34,616 nucleotides of DNA from Candidatus Parcubacteria bacterium (GCA_019658995.1 JAIFWN010000001.1:86852-121467); one strand, 5' to 3'; shown: positions 1 through 9,038, counted from the stretch's first letter. The notes: a model not told the origin generated them from the sequence alone. Translations and numbers: made by a program.

Positions 1-1
1 A

Positions 2-352
2 AAAACAAAGATACTCGGTAATGGCGATGTCGTAGACATTGACGACGCAAGGAGGAAATGTGATGAAACGGGAGCAGACGGAGTTATGCTCGGCCGCGCC
101 ATCTTCGGCAATCCGTGGCTCTTCTCGGAACATATTCCGACTCTGCAGGAGAAGTTAGAGGTAATGGTCGAGCATACAAAACTTTTCGAAGAACTTCTTG
201 GTAAGCACAAGAGCTTCAATATTATGAAGAAGCACTACAAGGCCTATGTGAACGGCTTTGATGGAGCGGTTGAGCTTAGGATCAGGCTTATGGCTGCGGA
301 AAATGCCGGCGAGGTGGAGGGGATCATAAATACCTATATTCTTAGCCGTTGA
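2..352 (+). CDS. dus: tRNA-dihydrouridine synthase, C-terminal part (5' end outside window)
   Basis: The frame from position 2 reads KILGNGDV...ETGADGVMLGRAIFGNPWLF...MKKHYKAYV, which are typical Dus motifs. Confidence 0.9.
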   Translation, partial: KTKILGNGDVVDIDDARRKCDETGADGVMLGRAIFGNPWLFSEHIPTLQEKLEVMVEHTKLFEELLGKHKSFNIMKKHYKAYVNGFDGAVELRIRLMAAENAGEVEGIINTYILSR

Positions 353-384
353 TTTTGACACTTTTGAATATTTGTGTTTTTGTG

Positions 385-412
385 TTGACAAATATCTTAG
401 TTGTGATATACT
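385..412 (+). promoter_or_regulatory. sigma70-type promoter of the small ORF/structured RNA unit
   Basis: TTGACA 385-390, 16 nt spacer, TGa-TATACT 404-412. Confidence 0.7.
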
Positions 413-475
413 TATATGTGCAGTAGGGGACTTGATAGTGCCCCGTGCATGTACCTTCAACCATCGAGGTTGTCC

Positions 476-568
476 ATGCGACCGACAAGTACCGCTCCGC
501 CCAGCCGTGCCAGTACCAGTCTGAATCGCCGCTTGTACACCACGTTCGCCGCGCGCGGCACCGGCTGA
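476..568 (+). CDS. putative 30-aa peptide MRPTSTAPPSRASTSLNRRLYTTFAARGTG (below ORF-track cutoff)
   Basis: GAGGT SD at 466-470, ATG at 476 and TGA at 566-568, downstream of a consensus promoter. Confidence 0.45.
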   Translation: MRPTSTAPPSRASTSLNRRLYTTFAARGTG

Positions 569-708
569 CCTCGGCAGGTCGGCTCGACGCTCCACGCAGT
601 ACCGGCGGGTCGCGGGTCATCGAAACTGTCTGTTCGGATTGTTAATATCCGTCGATGCCCGCGGCTCCGCCGCATCCACTTTCACTCATCTGTCCGATAC
701 CGGACGGA
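564..708 (+). ncRNA. candidate structured RNA / long structured 3' region
   Basis: Hairpin 564-583; long bulged stem 603-623/652-672 with internal hairpin 635-651; hairpin 689-708. Confidence 0.4.
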
Positions 709-714
709 ATCATC

Positions 715-741
715 CCCTGACCTTGGTCAGGGTTTCATTTT
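715..741 (+). terminator. intrinsic terminator
   Basis: CCCTGACC/GGTCAGGG inverted repeat followed by TTTCATTTT. Confidence 0.7.
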
Positions 742-790
742 ATACACATCAGAAAGGCTTCTATGGCGACTGTTACCCATGTAATTATCA

Positions 791-819
791 TTGACTCAGC
801 ACGTCTTTCGTGCTAGGAA
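791..819 (+). promoter_or_regulatory. putative promoter with palindromic spacer
   Basis: TTGACT-N17-TAGGAA with a TG extension. AGCACG-N5-CGTGCT inverted repeat at 798-814. AAGGAG SD before ATG 886. Confidence 0.45.
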
Positions 820-885
820 GAGGCCAGAAACCTCTTTTGATCTTCGTCAAGAAACCACTTCACTGAACGACAAAGGAGCCCAACC

Positions 886-2229
886 ATGCGGACAAGGTTG
901 TACGTATGTGCGGCCTTGGCCGCAGTCTTCACTCTGGCGGGTGCGTGCGATAGATCGCCCACCCAGCCGAACATCACCATCAGGATCGGTATCAACAACG
1001 GCAACGACGGCGGTGTCTTAGGCACCGGCGGCGGTAACACTCCCTCCGGCTGCTCGATCAATTTGACCATCAGCGGAGTCGCTGTGGGACCGAGCGGCAG
1101 CTCGACGTGGCAGTTTGGCGAGCGGCGCAACTACACCGGCTCGTTCACTACCAACCCGTTTAGCTGTGCCAAGCCGGAGGACTTCATGTTCACGTCTTCG
1201 GCGCCCGGTATCATCGGGATCGATGCTGTGACAGGTCAGGCCACCGCAGATAACACACCCGGACAGGCCACTCTCTGTTTTGTTTACAGGCCTGATCCTC
1301 AGAACATCCGGGCCTGCACACCGCCGCAGACGGTAGTCGGACCGACCGGCGGTAACCCCTCAATCAGCCCTATCGGTCAAATCTCGACCGGGAACCTCTG
1401 TCAGAGAATCTTCAACGGGGCGATAAACCCGCCTGGAACAGCGGGTACTTGGTCGATTGAAGGTTCAACCTTAGTTACGGTGAATCCGACGACCGGTGCC
1501 GGATCAGTTACGCAGTCAGGCGTGTCCGGATCGGCGACGCTTGTCTTCACAATGACGAACGGCACGCGAATCACAACGCCGCTCACATTCGTGGCTACGG
1601 ACTGTACCGCTCCGCCTCCGACGGCTACCTTTACCTTCAGCTTGCCGAGCATCTGCCTGAGCACGATTGCAGGTTCGCCGACGACAGCGGACTTCACCAT
1701 CACGGTGATAGTGCCCGGGATCAGTAATCCGGGTGTGAACATCACTTCGTCGAATACGTCGGTGGTAACGGTTGTGCCGGTCGGTTCCAGCACTGGTACG
1801 ACTACGACCTGGAGAGTCACTCTGTCCGGACCGGGCAATGCCAATCTCACGGCGTCGGTCCTTGGTATAAGCGGTGTTGGTTCATTGCCCGTGCAGGTGC
1901 TTACTACGGCCTGCCCTGGCGGTGGAAATTCGATCAGTTACTCTCCTCCGGGAGGTACGGTCGGAACCACAGTGCCAAACCCCGGTACACTCACTTCTGT
2001 TTGTATCCTGGGTACCGGTACGATCACCTGCAATCCGTTCTACACATCGAACCATCCGGAGCTCATCGACGTCTTCGGTAACGGAGTGACGCCTATCAAC
2101 GGCTTCAACTTCAGAACCGGCATGACGGCGACGATCACCAGAATAGCGAACACAACCATCGATGTGGAGATCTGCGTGCAGTGGTCTGTGACGGAAGTCA
2201 GCCCAAGATTCTGTCGCAATTGGCGATGA
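886..2229 (+). CDS. Thr/Gly/Cys-rich putative lipoprotein with about 4 Ig-like (Big_2-like) repeats
   Basis: Signal peptide ending LAGA-C21. Repeated strands FTSSAPGII, WSIEGSTLVTV, ITSSNTSVVTV and YTSNHPELIDV resemble the Big_2 'W/F-x-SS-x-P-x-V-x-V' motif. Confidence 0.65.
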   Translation: MRTRLYVCAALAAVFTLAGACDRSPTQPNITIRIGINNGNDGGVLGTGGGNTPSGCSINLTISGVAVGPSGSSTWQFGERRNYTGSFTTNPFSCAKPEDFMFTSSAPGIIGIDAVTGQATADNTPGQATLCFVYRPDPQNIRACTPPQTVVGPTGGNPSISPIGQISTGNLCQRIFNGAINPPGTAGTWSIEGSTLVTVNPTTGAGSVTQSGVSGSATLVFTMTNGTRITTPLTFVATDCTAPPPTATFTFSLPSICLSTIAGSPTTADFTITVIVPGISNPGVNITSSNTSVVTVVPVGSSTGTTTTWRVTLSGPGNANLTASVLGISGVGSLPVQVLTTACPGGGNSISYSPPGGTVGTTVPNPGTLTSVCILGTGTITCNPFYTSNHPELIDVFGNGVTPINGFNFRTGMTATITRIANTTIDVEICVQWSVTEVSPRFCRNWR

Positions 2230-2237
2230 TCCCTAAC

Positions 2238-2273
2238 CCCCGGAGATAGCAATATCTCTGGGGATTTTTATTT
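2238..2273 (+). terminator. intrinsic terminator
   Basis: CCCCGGAGATA-GCAA-TATCTCTGGGG followed by a T-rich tail. Confidence 0.75.
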
Positions 2274-2289
2274 CTGATATACTTTCCGC

Positions 2290-3312
2290 ATGTCTGTGCT
2301 TTACCGCAAATATAGGCCCAGAAGCTGGAAGGATGTGACCGGCCAGGAGGCGGTTGTCAGCGTCTTAAGCAATGAAATCAACCTCGGTTCTGTCGCCCAT
2401 GCCTATCTCTTTGCGGGCTCCAGGGGGACGGGCAAGACCTCCGTGGCCAGGATATTCGCCGCCGAATTGGGTACGTCTCCGAACGATATTTATGAGATAG
2501 ATGCGGCATCCAATACCAGCGTCGAGGATATCCGGTCGCTCAATGAGGCTGTGCACACCTTGCCATTCGAATCAAAATACAAAGTTTACATTCTCGACGA
2601 GGCCCACATGCTCAGCAAGAGTGCCTGGAACGCATTTCTCAAAACTCTGGAGGAGCCTCCTGCGCATGTCATATTCATTCTTGCTACGACCGAACTGGAA
2701 AAAGTTCCTGAGACGGTACAGAGCCGGTGTCAGGCATTCGTCTTCAAGCGTCCGAGTCAGAAGATTCTCAGAGATTTCGCCATTCATATATCCAAAGAAG
2801 AGGGAAGAGGACTCGAGCCGGAAGCGGCTGAGCTGGTCTCCCTACTGGGTGACGGTTCCTTCCGTGATACGCATGGAATCCTTGAGAAAGTATTTTCGAG
2901 CACCAAGGAAAAAAATATAAGCAGGGAAGAAGTCGAAAGGGTCACCGGCGCTCCGAGAGCCGGACTAGTGCGAGATGTCCTGGCCTCGATAGTCGGACAA
3001 GATATCGAGAAGGGAATGAAGGCTATCGCAGAAGCCAGGAGGGATAATACCGATATTAAGATCTTCGCGCGCCTCATCCTGGAGCATTTGCGATACCTCT
3101 TCCTCATTCGTCTCAAAGCCGGGCTCGATGATTATATATTGGAAGAAACTTCGGAAGATGATTTCAAATTTCTCAAAGATCTGGCACAGAAGGCTGATAA
3201 GCATTTAACCGCCGAGGTGCTGGTGAAATTCATCGAGGCCGCTGACTCCGCGGGGCGTTCAAGCATTCCGGAACTTTCCCTCGAGATTGCTCTGACCGAG
3301 AGTATTCAATAA
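2290..3312 (+). CDS. dnaX: DNA polymerase III subunit gamma/tau (short form)
   Basis: LYRKYRP, Walker A GSRGTGKTS, EIDAASN, ILDEAHML, LKTLEEPP and SRC motifs. Confidence 0.97.
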   Translation: MSVLYRKYRPRSWKDVTGQEAVVSVLSNEINLGSVAHAYLFAGSRGTGKTSVARIFAAELGTSPNDIYEIDAASNTSVEDIRSLNEAVHTLPFESKYKVYILDEAHMLSKSAWNAFLKTLEEPPAHVIFILATTELEKVPETVQSRCQAFVFKRPSQKILRDFAIHISKEEGRGLEPEAAELVSLLGDGSFRDTHGILEKVFSSTKEKNISREEVERVTGAPRAGLVRDVLASIVGQDIEKGMKAIAEARRDNTDIKIFARLILEHLRYLFLIRLKAGLDDYILEETSEDDFKFLKDLAQKADKHLTAEVLVKFIEAADSAGRSSIPELSLEIALTESIQ

Positions 3313-3363
3313 ATATAGAAATTGATTAATGGTGTTTTAGCCTGACTGGAGTATGCTTAAGTC

Positions 3364-3819
3364 ATGGCACACAAACTTACATTATTCCTACTCCGCATTT
3401 CTTTGGGATGGTACATGTTTTACGCCGGGATTACCAAAGTGATCGATCCGGCATGGTCTGCCGAAGGGTATCTTAAGGGAGCAAAATTACTGCCCGGATT
3501 CTATATGTGGTTAACATCGCCAGGGATTATGCCGGTAGTAAATTTCATAAATGAATGGGGTCTGACGCTTCTTGGGGTTTCGCTTATCTTGGGAATCTTT
3601 ATCAAATACTCCGCACCTCTCGGAGTTTTGCTTATGCTCCTCTACTACATCCCCCTAGGTATTATCCACCCAGACGCCCACTCGCTCATTGTAGATCAGC
3701 ATGTGGTATTCGGACTTCTTATGATCTATTTTACTCTTGTGGGAGCTGGTAAGGTATGGGGTCTCGACGGCCGTATTGGTAAATTAAAAAATCCTTGGCT
3801 TTCTCAGAAAGGGGAATAG
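3364..3819 (+). CDS. DoxX-family membrane protein
   Basis: LLRISLGW..FYAGITK, four hydrophobic segments and GAGKVWGLDG. Confidence 0.85.
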   Translation: MAHKLTLFLLRISLGWYMFYAGITKVIDPAWSAEGYLKGAKLLPGFYMWLTSPGIMPVVNFINEWGLTLLGVSLILGIFIKYSAPLGVLLMLLYYIPLGIIHPDAHSLIVDQHVVFGLLMIYFTLVGAGKVWGLDGRIGKLKNPWLSQKGE

Positions 3820-3937
3820 AAACGATTCAAAAACTAGTCTGATATATCGATAATAATCTGACTTAGCGGTTCTTGGTCTTTTTTTGGTCTCTAGAACTTG
3901 TGCCCAAGGTGGCTGGCTGTCTGGTACGAAGTTGGAA

Positions 3938-4423
3938 CTAATTTAAAAGCTTACGCCACACAAAGCCCTTCTCGCCGTTTGGGGCAGTAGCAGCGCCTGC
4001 TCGTTCGAAATTTTTGTCATATATACCCCAGGAATCCTGGTGAGTTTCTCCGCCGAAGAGTACTATTTCTGTATAACCATCTTTCTTAGCCTCATCAAAT
4101 CTTCTCATGATCAGAGCTTTGCCGATACCTCTACCACGCTCTTTTGCAGCAGCAACATAAAACTCTCCTGGATTACTTGTTGTCGTGTAGCCCTTCATAT
4201 GTTGCGGGGCTCGGCGAATTGCCGCCACCCCAACCACTTCTCCGTTCTCTTCAGCTACAAAGAACTTAAAATTTTGAACCGCCAAATCTGAGTCGTTGCT
4301 AGTATATTTTTGAAGCTTATCCTCTAAATTCTGACGAAAATTGTCATGCCAATATAGATCAAATATTTCTCCGACTGATTCCACGTCTTTTAGCTCAAGT
4401 GACCTGATAGTTCCTCTAAACAT
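3938..4423 (-). CDS. GNAT-family N-acetyltransferase
   Basis: FFVAEENGEVVG strand and the acetyl-CoA motif ERGRGIGKALI. Confidence 0.85.
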   Translation of the reverse strand: MFRGTIRSLELKDVESVGEIFDLYWHDNFRQNLEDKLQKYTSNDSDLAVQNFKFFVAEENGEVVGVAAIRRAPQHMKGYTTTSNPGEFYVAAAKERGRGIGKALIMRRFDEAKKDGYTEIVLFGGETHQDSWGIYDKNFERAGAATAPNGEKGFVWRKLLN

Positions 4424-4477
4424 GTATTTAGACTATCACAACGTTTTACCTAGGCAATTCTTGCTTAACCTTGCTAG

Positions 4478-4548
4478 CTGGGAGACAGGGATTCGAACCC
4501 CGATTAAAGGCTTCAAAGGCCTCTGTCCTACCATTAGACGATCTCCCA
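4478..4548 (-). tRNA. tRNA-Gln(TTG), CCA not encoded (followed by CTA)
   Basis: TGGGAGA/TCTCCCA acceptor stem, D-arm CGTCTAATGGTAGGAC, anticodon arm GAGGC-CTTTGAA-GCCTT, T-loop GGTTCGAATCC. Confidence 0.95.
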
Positions 4549-4607
4549 ATAAACTTAAAACTATCAAATTCTGACATAATTGAATAGCACGCTTCGTCTT
4601 AAAGCCA

Positions 4608-4793
4608 ATGGAAAACAAAAATCCCAAGATAGATGCCGATGCCATAGTTTCGCCGAAGAACACCAGGAAGCTCTATGGTGACAAGCCCCTTGACCAGGAT
4701 GAACCGGCGGGAGGACAAGGCAGCGATACGCCGACGTCTCTGCCGGAAAGTGTGGACGATATCGATCAAAATATGTTTCCGAGCGCCCCATGA
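4608..4793 (+). CDS. small acidic hypothetical protein
   Basis: 61-aa ORF whose stop overlaps the next start (ATGA). Confidence 0.5.
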   Translation: MENKNPKIDADAIVSPKNTRKLYGDKPLDQDEPAGGQGSDTPTSLPESVDDIDQNMFPSAP

Positions 4794-5230
4794 GCAGAAA
4801 CCTCTTCCTGATCTTTGGCATAGCCGGACTGATAATTTTCAGTTTCCTTGTTGTGCAGAAATTTGGCTCAAAGACTTATGACAATGACGGGGTTGGAATA
4901 CGTTTCCGGTATCCCGATGAGTACAGTCTGGAGAAGGGGAATATAGATGGAGGGTTTGAAATCATCCTTACCAAGGATAAGCCCGGCGGGGAAGCCCCTC
5001 CGGCCATCAGGGTGAGCTTCGCTAAGGATCGTGACCTTCCGTCCGGTATACAGGGTGTTCTTTCCGGTAAGCCTTCAGTGTCCTATAAAACGGACGGGCT
5101 TTATGCCGGCGAGGCCGTATCTGTCTTAAACCGAGGCTACATGATTACCATGAGTGACGAGTACATCACCTCCGATGACCAGATCCGCAAGGATTTCCAG
5201 AAGATTCTGGAAACGGTCGAGTTATATTAG
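4790..5230 (+). CDS. membrane-anchored extracytoplasmic protein (PsbP-like signature)
   Basis: N-terminal TM helix, TYDNDGVGIRFRYP and C-terminal FQKILETVEL. Confidence 0.65.
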   Translation: MSRNLFLIFGIAGLIIFSFLVVQKFGSKTYDNDGVGIRFRYPDEYSLEKGNIDGGFEIILTKDKPGGEAPPAIRVSFAKDRDLPSGIQGVLSGKPSVSYKTDGLYAGEAVSVLNRGYMITMSDEYITSDDQIRKDFQKILETVELY

Positions 5231-5245
5231 GGCATTTGTTATATA

Positions 5246-5270
5246 GTAAGAGAGATAGCTTAAGGACGTT
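5246..5270 (+). promoter_or_regulatory. putative ECF sigma promoter
   Basis: GTAAGA-N15-CGTT, the same spacing as the copies at 9039-9063, 9147-9171 and 11796-11820. Confidence 0.5.
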
Positions 5271-5281
5271 AAGATAATCAT

Positions 5282-5851
5282 ATGAATAGAAACATACTCG
5301 TAGCTCTGGCGGTAATCATCCTGGCTATAGCGGCTTTTGTGTGGTTCAGGAATAGGGATGAGTCTCCTGACACATCTAACCCGGCAGTATTGGGAGAAAC
5401 TACAAGCTGGAAGAGCTTCTCCGATCCTGCCCGGGGCGTAGCCTTCAAATACCCCGAAACTCTCCCGACCAAGTACATACAAGCGGTAGACTGGCCTCCG
5501 CAGGCGGCCGTAGCTACGAGCGCCTATAATTGCACTGAGGGTGGTGCCGAGAGCGAGAGGGCGGGGAAGACCGAGAAAAGAACTATCAACGGCCGAGCAT
5601 ACTGTGTCACTAAGATCATCGGAGCTGCTGCCGGAAGTACTTATACCCAGTATGCTTACGCGGTGGAGAAAGGGGGTAAGACCGTAATCCTCACCTTCAG
5701 TATCCGCACTCCTCAGTGCGCCAACTACGACGAGCCCCAGAAGAGCGAATGCCAGTCCGAGGTTGCGTCTTTCAGCGTAGATAACTTAGTTGACAGCATA
5801 GTCGACACGCTCGAGCTCGGCACTCCGACTCTCGATTACGATAAGGGTTAA
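5282..5851 (+). CDS. membrane-anchored extracytoplasmic protein with 4 Cys
   Basis: N-terminal TM helix, WKSFSDPARGVAFKYP, GAAAGSTY and QCANYD. Confidence 0.75.
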   Translation: MNRNILVALAVIILAIAAFVWFRNRDESPDTSNPAVLGETTSWKSFSDPARGVAFKYPETLPTKYIQAVDWPPQAAVATSAYNCTEGGAESERAGKTEKRTINGRAYCVTKIIGAAAGSTYTQYAYAVEKGGKTVILTFSIRTPQCANYDEPQKSECQSEVASFSVDNLVDSIVDTLELGTPTLDYDKG

Positions 5852-5852
5852 G

Positions 5853-6266
5853 ATGAAACAAGTTTCAATCATACTGGGTGCCGCGATTCTGGCCGGGGGC
5901 ATCGTATTTTTCGCCACCGGACACAAATTGCCGAAGCCGGAAGCTAAAGACTCTGGCACCGGCATCATGGGTGAGGTCAGGCTCGGCCCGACTTGCCCTG
6001 TTCAGAACAATCCGCACAACGAAGAGTGTGCCGATAAGCCGTATCAGACTGACCTCATACTTGTTAATCTCGATGAAGTAGTGATCAAACGGTTCTCTTC
6101 CGGCACGGATGGCAAGTTCAAGATCGACGTTCCACCGGGCGACTATGCCATAAGAAAGGCTTCTTCAGAAAGTGCTCTGTCGAGCTGCGGTCAAAGCGGC
6201 ATAGTGCCCGTGGAAGAGAGCGGATACACGGAAGTGATTGTCTTTTGCGATACGGGAATCAGGTAG
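5853..6266 (+). CDS. membrane-anchored protein with prealbumin/carboxypeptidase-regulatory-like fold
   Basis: TM helix, GPTCPV motif, DGKFKIDVPPGDY and C-terminal DTGIR. Confidence 0.7.
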   Translation: MKQVSIILGAAILAGGIVFFATGHKLPKPEAKDSGTGIMGEVRLGPTCPVQNNPHNEECADKPYQTDLILVNLDEVVIKRFSSGTDGKFKIDVPPGDYAIRKASSESALSSCGQSGIVPVEESGYTEVIVFCDTGIR

Positions 6267-6271
6267 CCTTA

Positions 6272-6300
6272 TTGACAATATCATTTCAATAGTATATAGT
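6272..6300 (+). promoter_or_regulatory. sigma70 promoter of the DEAD-box helicase
   Basis: TTGACA-N17-TATAGT. The leader has a hairpin and a GAGGT SD. Confidence 0.75.
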
Positions 6301-6349
6301 TGAGCACTAACTGAGTCACTCCTTCGGTTTAGTCGACGAGGTTACATAT

Positions 6350-7546
6350 ATGCCATTCAATCATCGCGGCCATAGGCCAGCAGGTGGTCGCCCGTTCCAC
6401 GGGAGATCGCAAAACTTCAATAGAGGCGGCAAACGTCCGCAGAAATCCTTCTCCGACATCTCTAAGTTCGTCAACAAGGCGGTTATTACGGAAGAGGTCG
6501 AGCAATTCATACCCGAACACAGGTTTGCCGACTTTGCCGTGAACGATCTTCTGAAGAAGAATATAGAAGCCAAGGGCTACGTTAACCCGACTCCCATACA
6601 GGACCGGGCTATACCGCATATACTGCGAGGTGAGGACATCGTGGGCATAGCCAATACCGGCACGGGGAAGACCGCCGCCTTCCTCATTCCACTTATAGAT
6701 AAACTCCTGAGGAATCCCGAAGAGAAGGTGCTTATCATCGTACCCACGCGCGAGCTTGCCTTCCAGATCGACGAAGAACTCAGGGCTTTTGCCAAGGGTT
6801 CGGGACTCTTTTCCGTCATATGTATCGGCGGGGCGGGCATAGGCAAGCAGATAACGGAGCTTCGTCAGAGGCATCACTTCGTTATCGGTACTCCAGGACG
6901 TCTCAAGGATCATATAGAGAGCAAGCGGCTTGATCTCTCCAAGTTCAATACGGTTGTTCTGGATGAGGCTGACCGCATGCTTGATATGGGATTCATCAAC
7001 GACATGCGCTACATGATGGATAAGATGCCGAAGTTCAGGCACACCCTCTTCTTCTCCGCCACCCTTTCTCCGGAAATAGAGAGACTCATCCATGCTTTTC
7101 TCAAATCTCCGGCCCGGATCTCGGTCAAGACCCGCGACACTTCGAAGAATATTGATCAGGATGTCATCCGCATACAGGGAAAGACCAAAGCCCAGGTGCT
7201 TCTCGACCTTTTGATACAGAAGGATTTCGACAAGGTACTCGTCTTTACCCGTACCAAGCACGGAGCGGACAAGCTTACCAAGTTCCTGCGTGACAGCGGC
7301 ATAAGCGCCGAGGCCATCCACGGCAACAAACAGCAATCAGCTCGGCAGAAAGCCCTGAACGATTTCAAGGCCAATAAAACTCAGGCTCTTATTGCTACGG
7401 ATGTGGCCGCCCGCGGCCTCGACATTGCCGACGTATCACACGTCATCAACTTCGATCTTCCCGCAACTTATGAGGACTACGTACACCGCATCGGCCGCAC
7501 CGGTAGGGCAGAGAAGAAAGGCAAAGCTCTGACTTTTATAGAATAA
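6350..7546 (+). CDS. DEAD-box RNA helicase (RhlE-like)
   Basis: Q motif PTPIQ, GTGKT, PTREL, TPGR, DEAD, SAT, ARGLD and HRIGRTGR. Confidence 0.97.
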   Translation: MPFNHRGHRPAGGRPFHGRSQNFNRGGKRPQKSFSDISKFVNKAVITEEVEQFIPEHRFADFAVNDLLKKNIEAKGYVNPTPIQDRAIPHILRGEDIVGIANTGTGKTAAFLIPLIDKLLRNPEEKVLIIVPTRELAFQIDEELRAFAKGSGLFSVICIGGAGIGKQITELRQRHHFVIGTPGRLKDHIESKRLDLSKFNTVVLDEADRMLDMGFINDMRYMMDKMPKFRHTLFFSATLSPEIERLIHAFLKSPARISVKTRDTSKNIDQDVIRIQGKTKAQVLLDLLIQKDFDKVLVFTRTKHGADKLTKFLRDSGISAEAIHGNKQQSARQKALNDFKANKTQALIATDVAARGLDIADVSHVINFDLPATYEDYVHRIGRTGRAEKKGKALTFIE

Positions 7547-7553
7547 CGAAACA

Positions 7554-8195
7554 TTACTCTAACAGGGTGGTGTAGACCACCAGGCGCTCGGAGTAAGATT
7601 TTTCGCTCTTGATCCAGGTGCCGGCACAGGTTACAAGATTCAGGTGAGCCTTGCCGTCGGATGAAGTGAAGACTTTCCTGTTTGGAGTCTCCTTGTACGG
7701 ATAGTACTCGAGGGCATCGACTCTGAAGGTCAGTATCTTTCCGTCTTTGCGGCGCACCTCGACCGTGTCTCCGACCCGGAGCTCTCCCAGGCGCTTGAAG
7801 ACACCCTTCAGGGCCAGAGCATTGTCTACATGTCCGGCGAATACGGCTGTGCCAGGGTTGCCCGGTATAGCACCGTTTTTGTACCAGGCTACGTCAGTAA
7901 AGTTCGAAGGGTTCGCCATGGCGCCATTGCTCTTGACACCCACATACTGGACTGCGGCATTAACATTTATTTCGGGAATCAGGAGGCGTTCGGGGTAGAC
8001 AGAGGGAGCTGTTTTCTGAGTTACGGCCGGAGTGGAAGTCGGTGAGGTGACAACGCCGGCTGCCAGAGAACTCGTGGCATTTGGCGGAGTCAGTTCGGTA
8101 TCAGGCGCATAGAGCGTAGAACGGACGAGGACAAAACCCGCAAGAATTATGCCGATCATGGTGAGTGATATTCCGAATAATTTGTGCTTTGTCAT
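7554..8195 (-). CDS. class F sortase
   Basis: N-terminal TM helix, VAWY..G..PG..G.AVFAGHVD (His), LNLVTC (Cys) and ERLVV (Arg). Confidence 0.92.
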   Translation of the reverse strand: MTKHKLFGISLTMIGIILAGFVLVRSTLYAPDTELTPPNATSSLAAGVVTSPTSTPAVTQKTAPSVYPERLLIPEINVNAAVQYVGVKSNGAMANPSNFTDVAWYKNGAIPGNPGTAVFAGHVDNALALKGVFKRLGELRVGDTVEVRRKDGKILTFRVDALEYYPYKETPNRKVFTSSDGKAHLNLVTCAGTWIKSEKSYSERLVVYTTLLE

Positions 8196-8208
8196 GGTTT
8201 GGTACGAC

Positions 8209-8236
8209 AGCGGGCGTCACTTGCGTGACGCCCGCT
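8209..8236. repeat. perfect 12-bp hairpin between the sortase substrate and the sortase
   Basis: AGCGGGCGTCAC-TTGC-GTGACGCCCGCT. The loop is GCAA on the coding strand and there is no U-tract. Confidence 0.7.
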
Positions 8237-8258
8237 ATTATCGCAAGTTAGCTAATGG

Positions 8259-8954
8259 TTAGCGAGCCTGCTTTACAGCCTTGCTGGTGTAAGCAATACC
8301 GAGTGTTGCCAAACCAAGTGAACCAAGGAGAAGGGCGAAATTCATTGCCGCATTTCCGCCGGCACCTGTGTTAGGAACGGTCGGGATAACTACCGGAGGT
8401 ATCACCGGAGCCGCACCGCGGACGCTGACAACTGCCGGAAGACCGGTGACGATGCCAGTAGCCGCTACGTTAGCGGTGTTCATACTGACGGTGAACGAGC
8501 CGCCTGAAACGAGAGCCGCTGAGGGATCGCATCTGAGGTCGAGAGTTACAATCGTGTTTGAAGGAAGGACAAGCGGGGAAGAGAGGGTAACGGTGTTCAG
8601 GCCGTTTACCAATCCGACGCCGTTGCCGGGAGCTACACTCAAGTCGACTGACGAGTTGGTCTCATTGACCACGGTACAATTCGTGAGCGAAGATGCCAGA
8701 GCGCCGTTATTGGTGTTCAGGATGAAGGGGAGAGAAAGAATTCTTACTCCTTCAGGACTGCCGGTCGTGTCAAGAACCAATCGGGCGATAGTCGCATCGG
8801 TCGAGGATGCTGTCAATGGCGAAGTAAGGCCGGAGGTCAAGAGCTGTATTGCAACTCTTGGCTGGGTCGAAAGCTGAGCGCTCGCTGTTGCGGCAGTCGC
8901 TACTAGCGACAGGCCGACTGCGGCACTCATCAGTTTGTGTTTAAGTCTAAACAT
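8259..8954 (-). CDS. secreted surface protein with LPXTG-like sorting signal (sortase substrate)
   Basis: Signal peptide ending ASA, a beta-rich body, then VPNTG, a hydrophobic helix and a basic tail (KAVKQAR). Confidence 0.85.
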   Translation of the reverse strand: MFRLKHKLMSAAVGLSLVATAATASAQLSTQPRVAIQLLTSGLTSPLTASSTDATIARLVLDTTGSPEGVRILSLPFILNTNNGALASSLTNCTVVNETNSSVDLSVAPGNGVGLVNGLNTVTLSSPLVLPSNTIVTLDLRCDPSAALVSGGSFTVSMNTANVAATGIVTGLPAVVSVRGAAPVIPPVVIPTVPNTGAGGNAAMNFALLLGSLGLATLGIAYTSKAVKQAR

Positions 8955-9038
8955 ATGTTTTCTTTTGTAATGTTAATGCTAAGATTTCGAACAGAGTGCT
9001 CATTTATAAGTGGTCGTTCACCCTGTCTTATATCCAAT

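Noticed and set aside
445-675. ORF-track ORFs 445-645, 457-675, 342-620 and 155-595
   Set aside because: They have no SD or recognisable product. The SD-led ORF 476-568 and RNA structure explain the region better.
413-741. tmRNA, RNase P, SRP or retron ncRNA
   Set aside because: The hallmark sequences (tRNA-like ends, the RNase P P4 consensus, the SRP loop) were not found, and there is no reverse transcriptase nearby.
4574-4598. Fifth ECF promoter copy before 4608
   Set aside because: CGTC is present but the -35 element does not match at N15 spacing.
6329-7336. 335-aa antisense ORF
   Set aside because: It is a shadow of the DEAD-box helicase and has no motifs or expression signals of its own.
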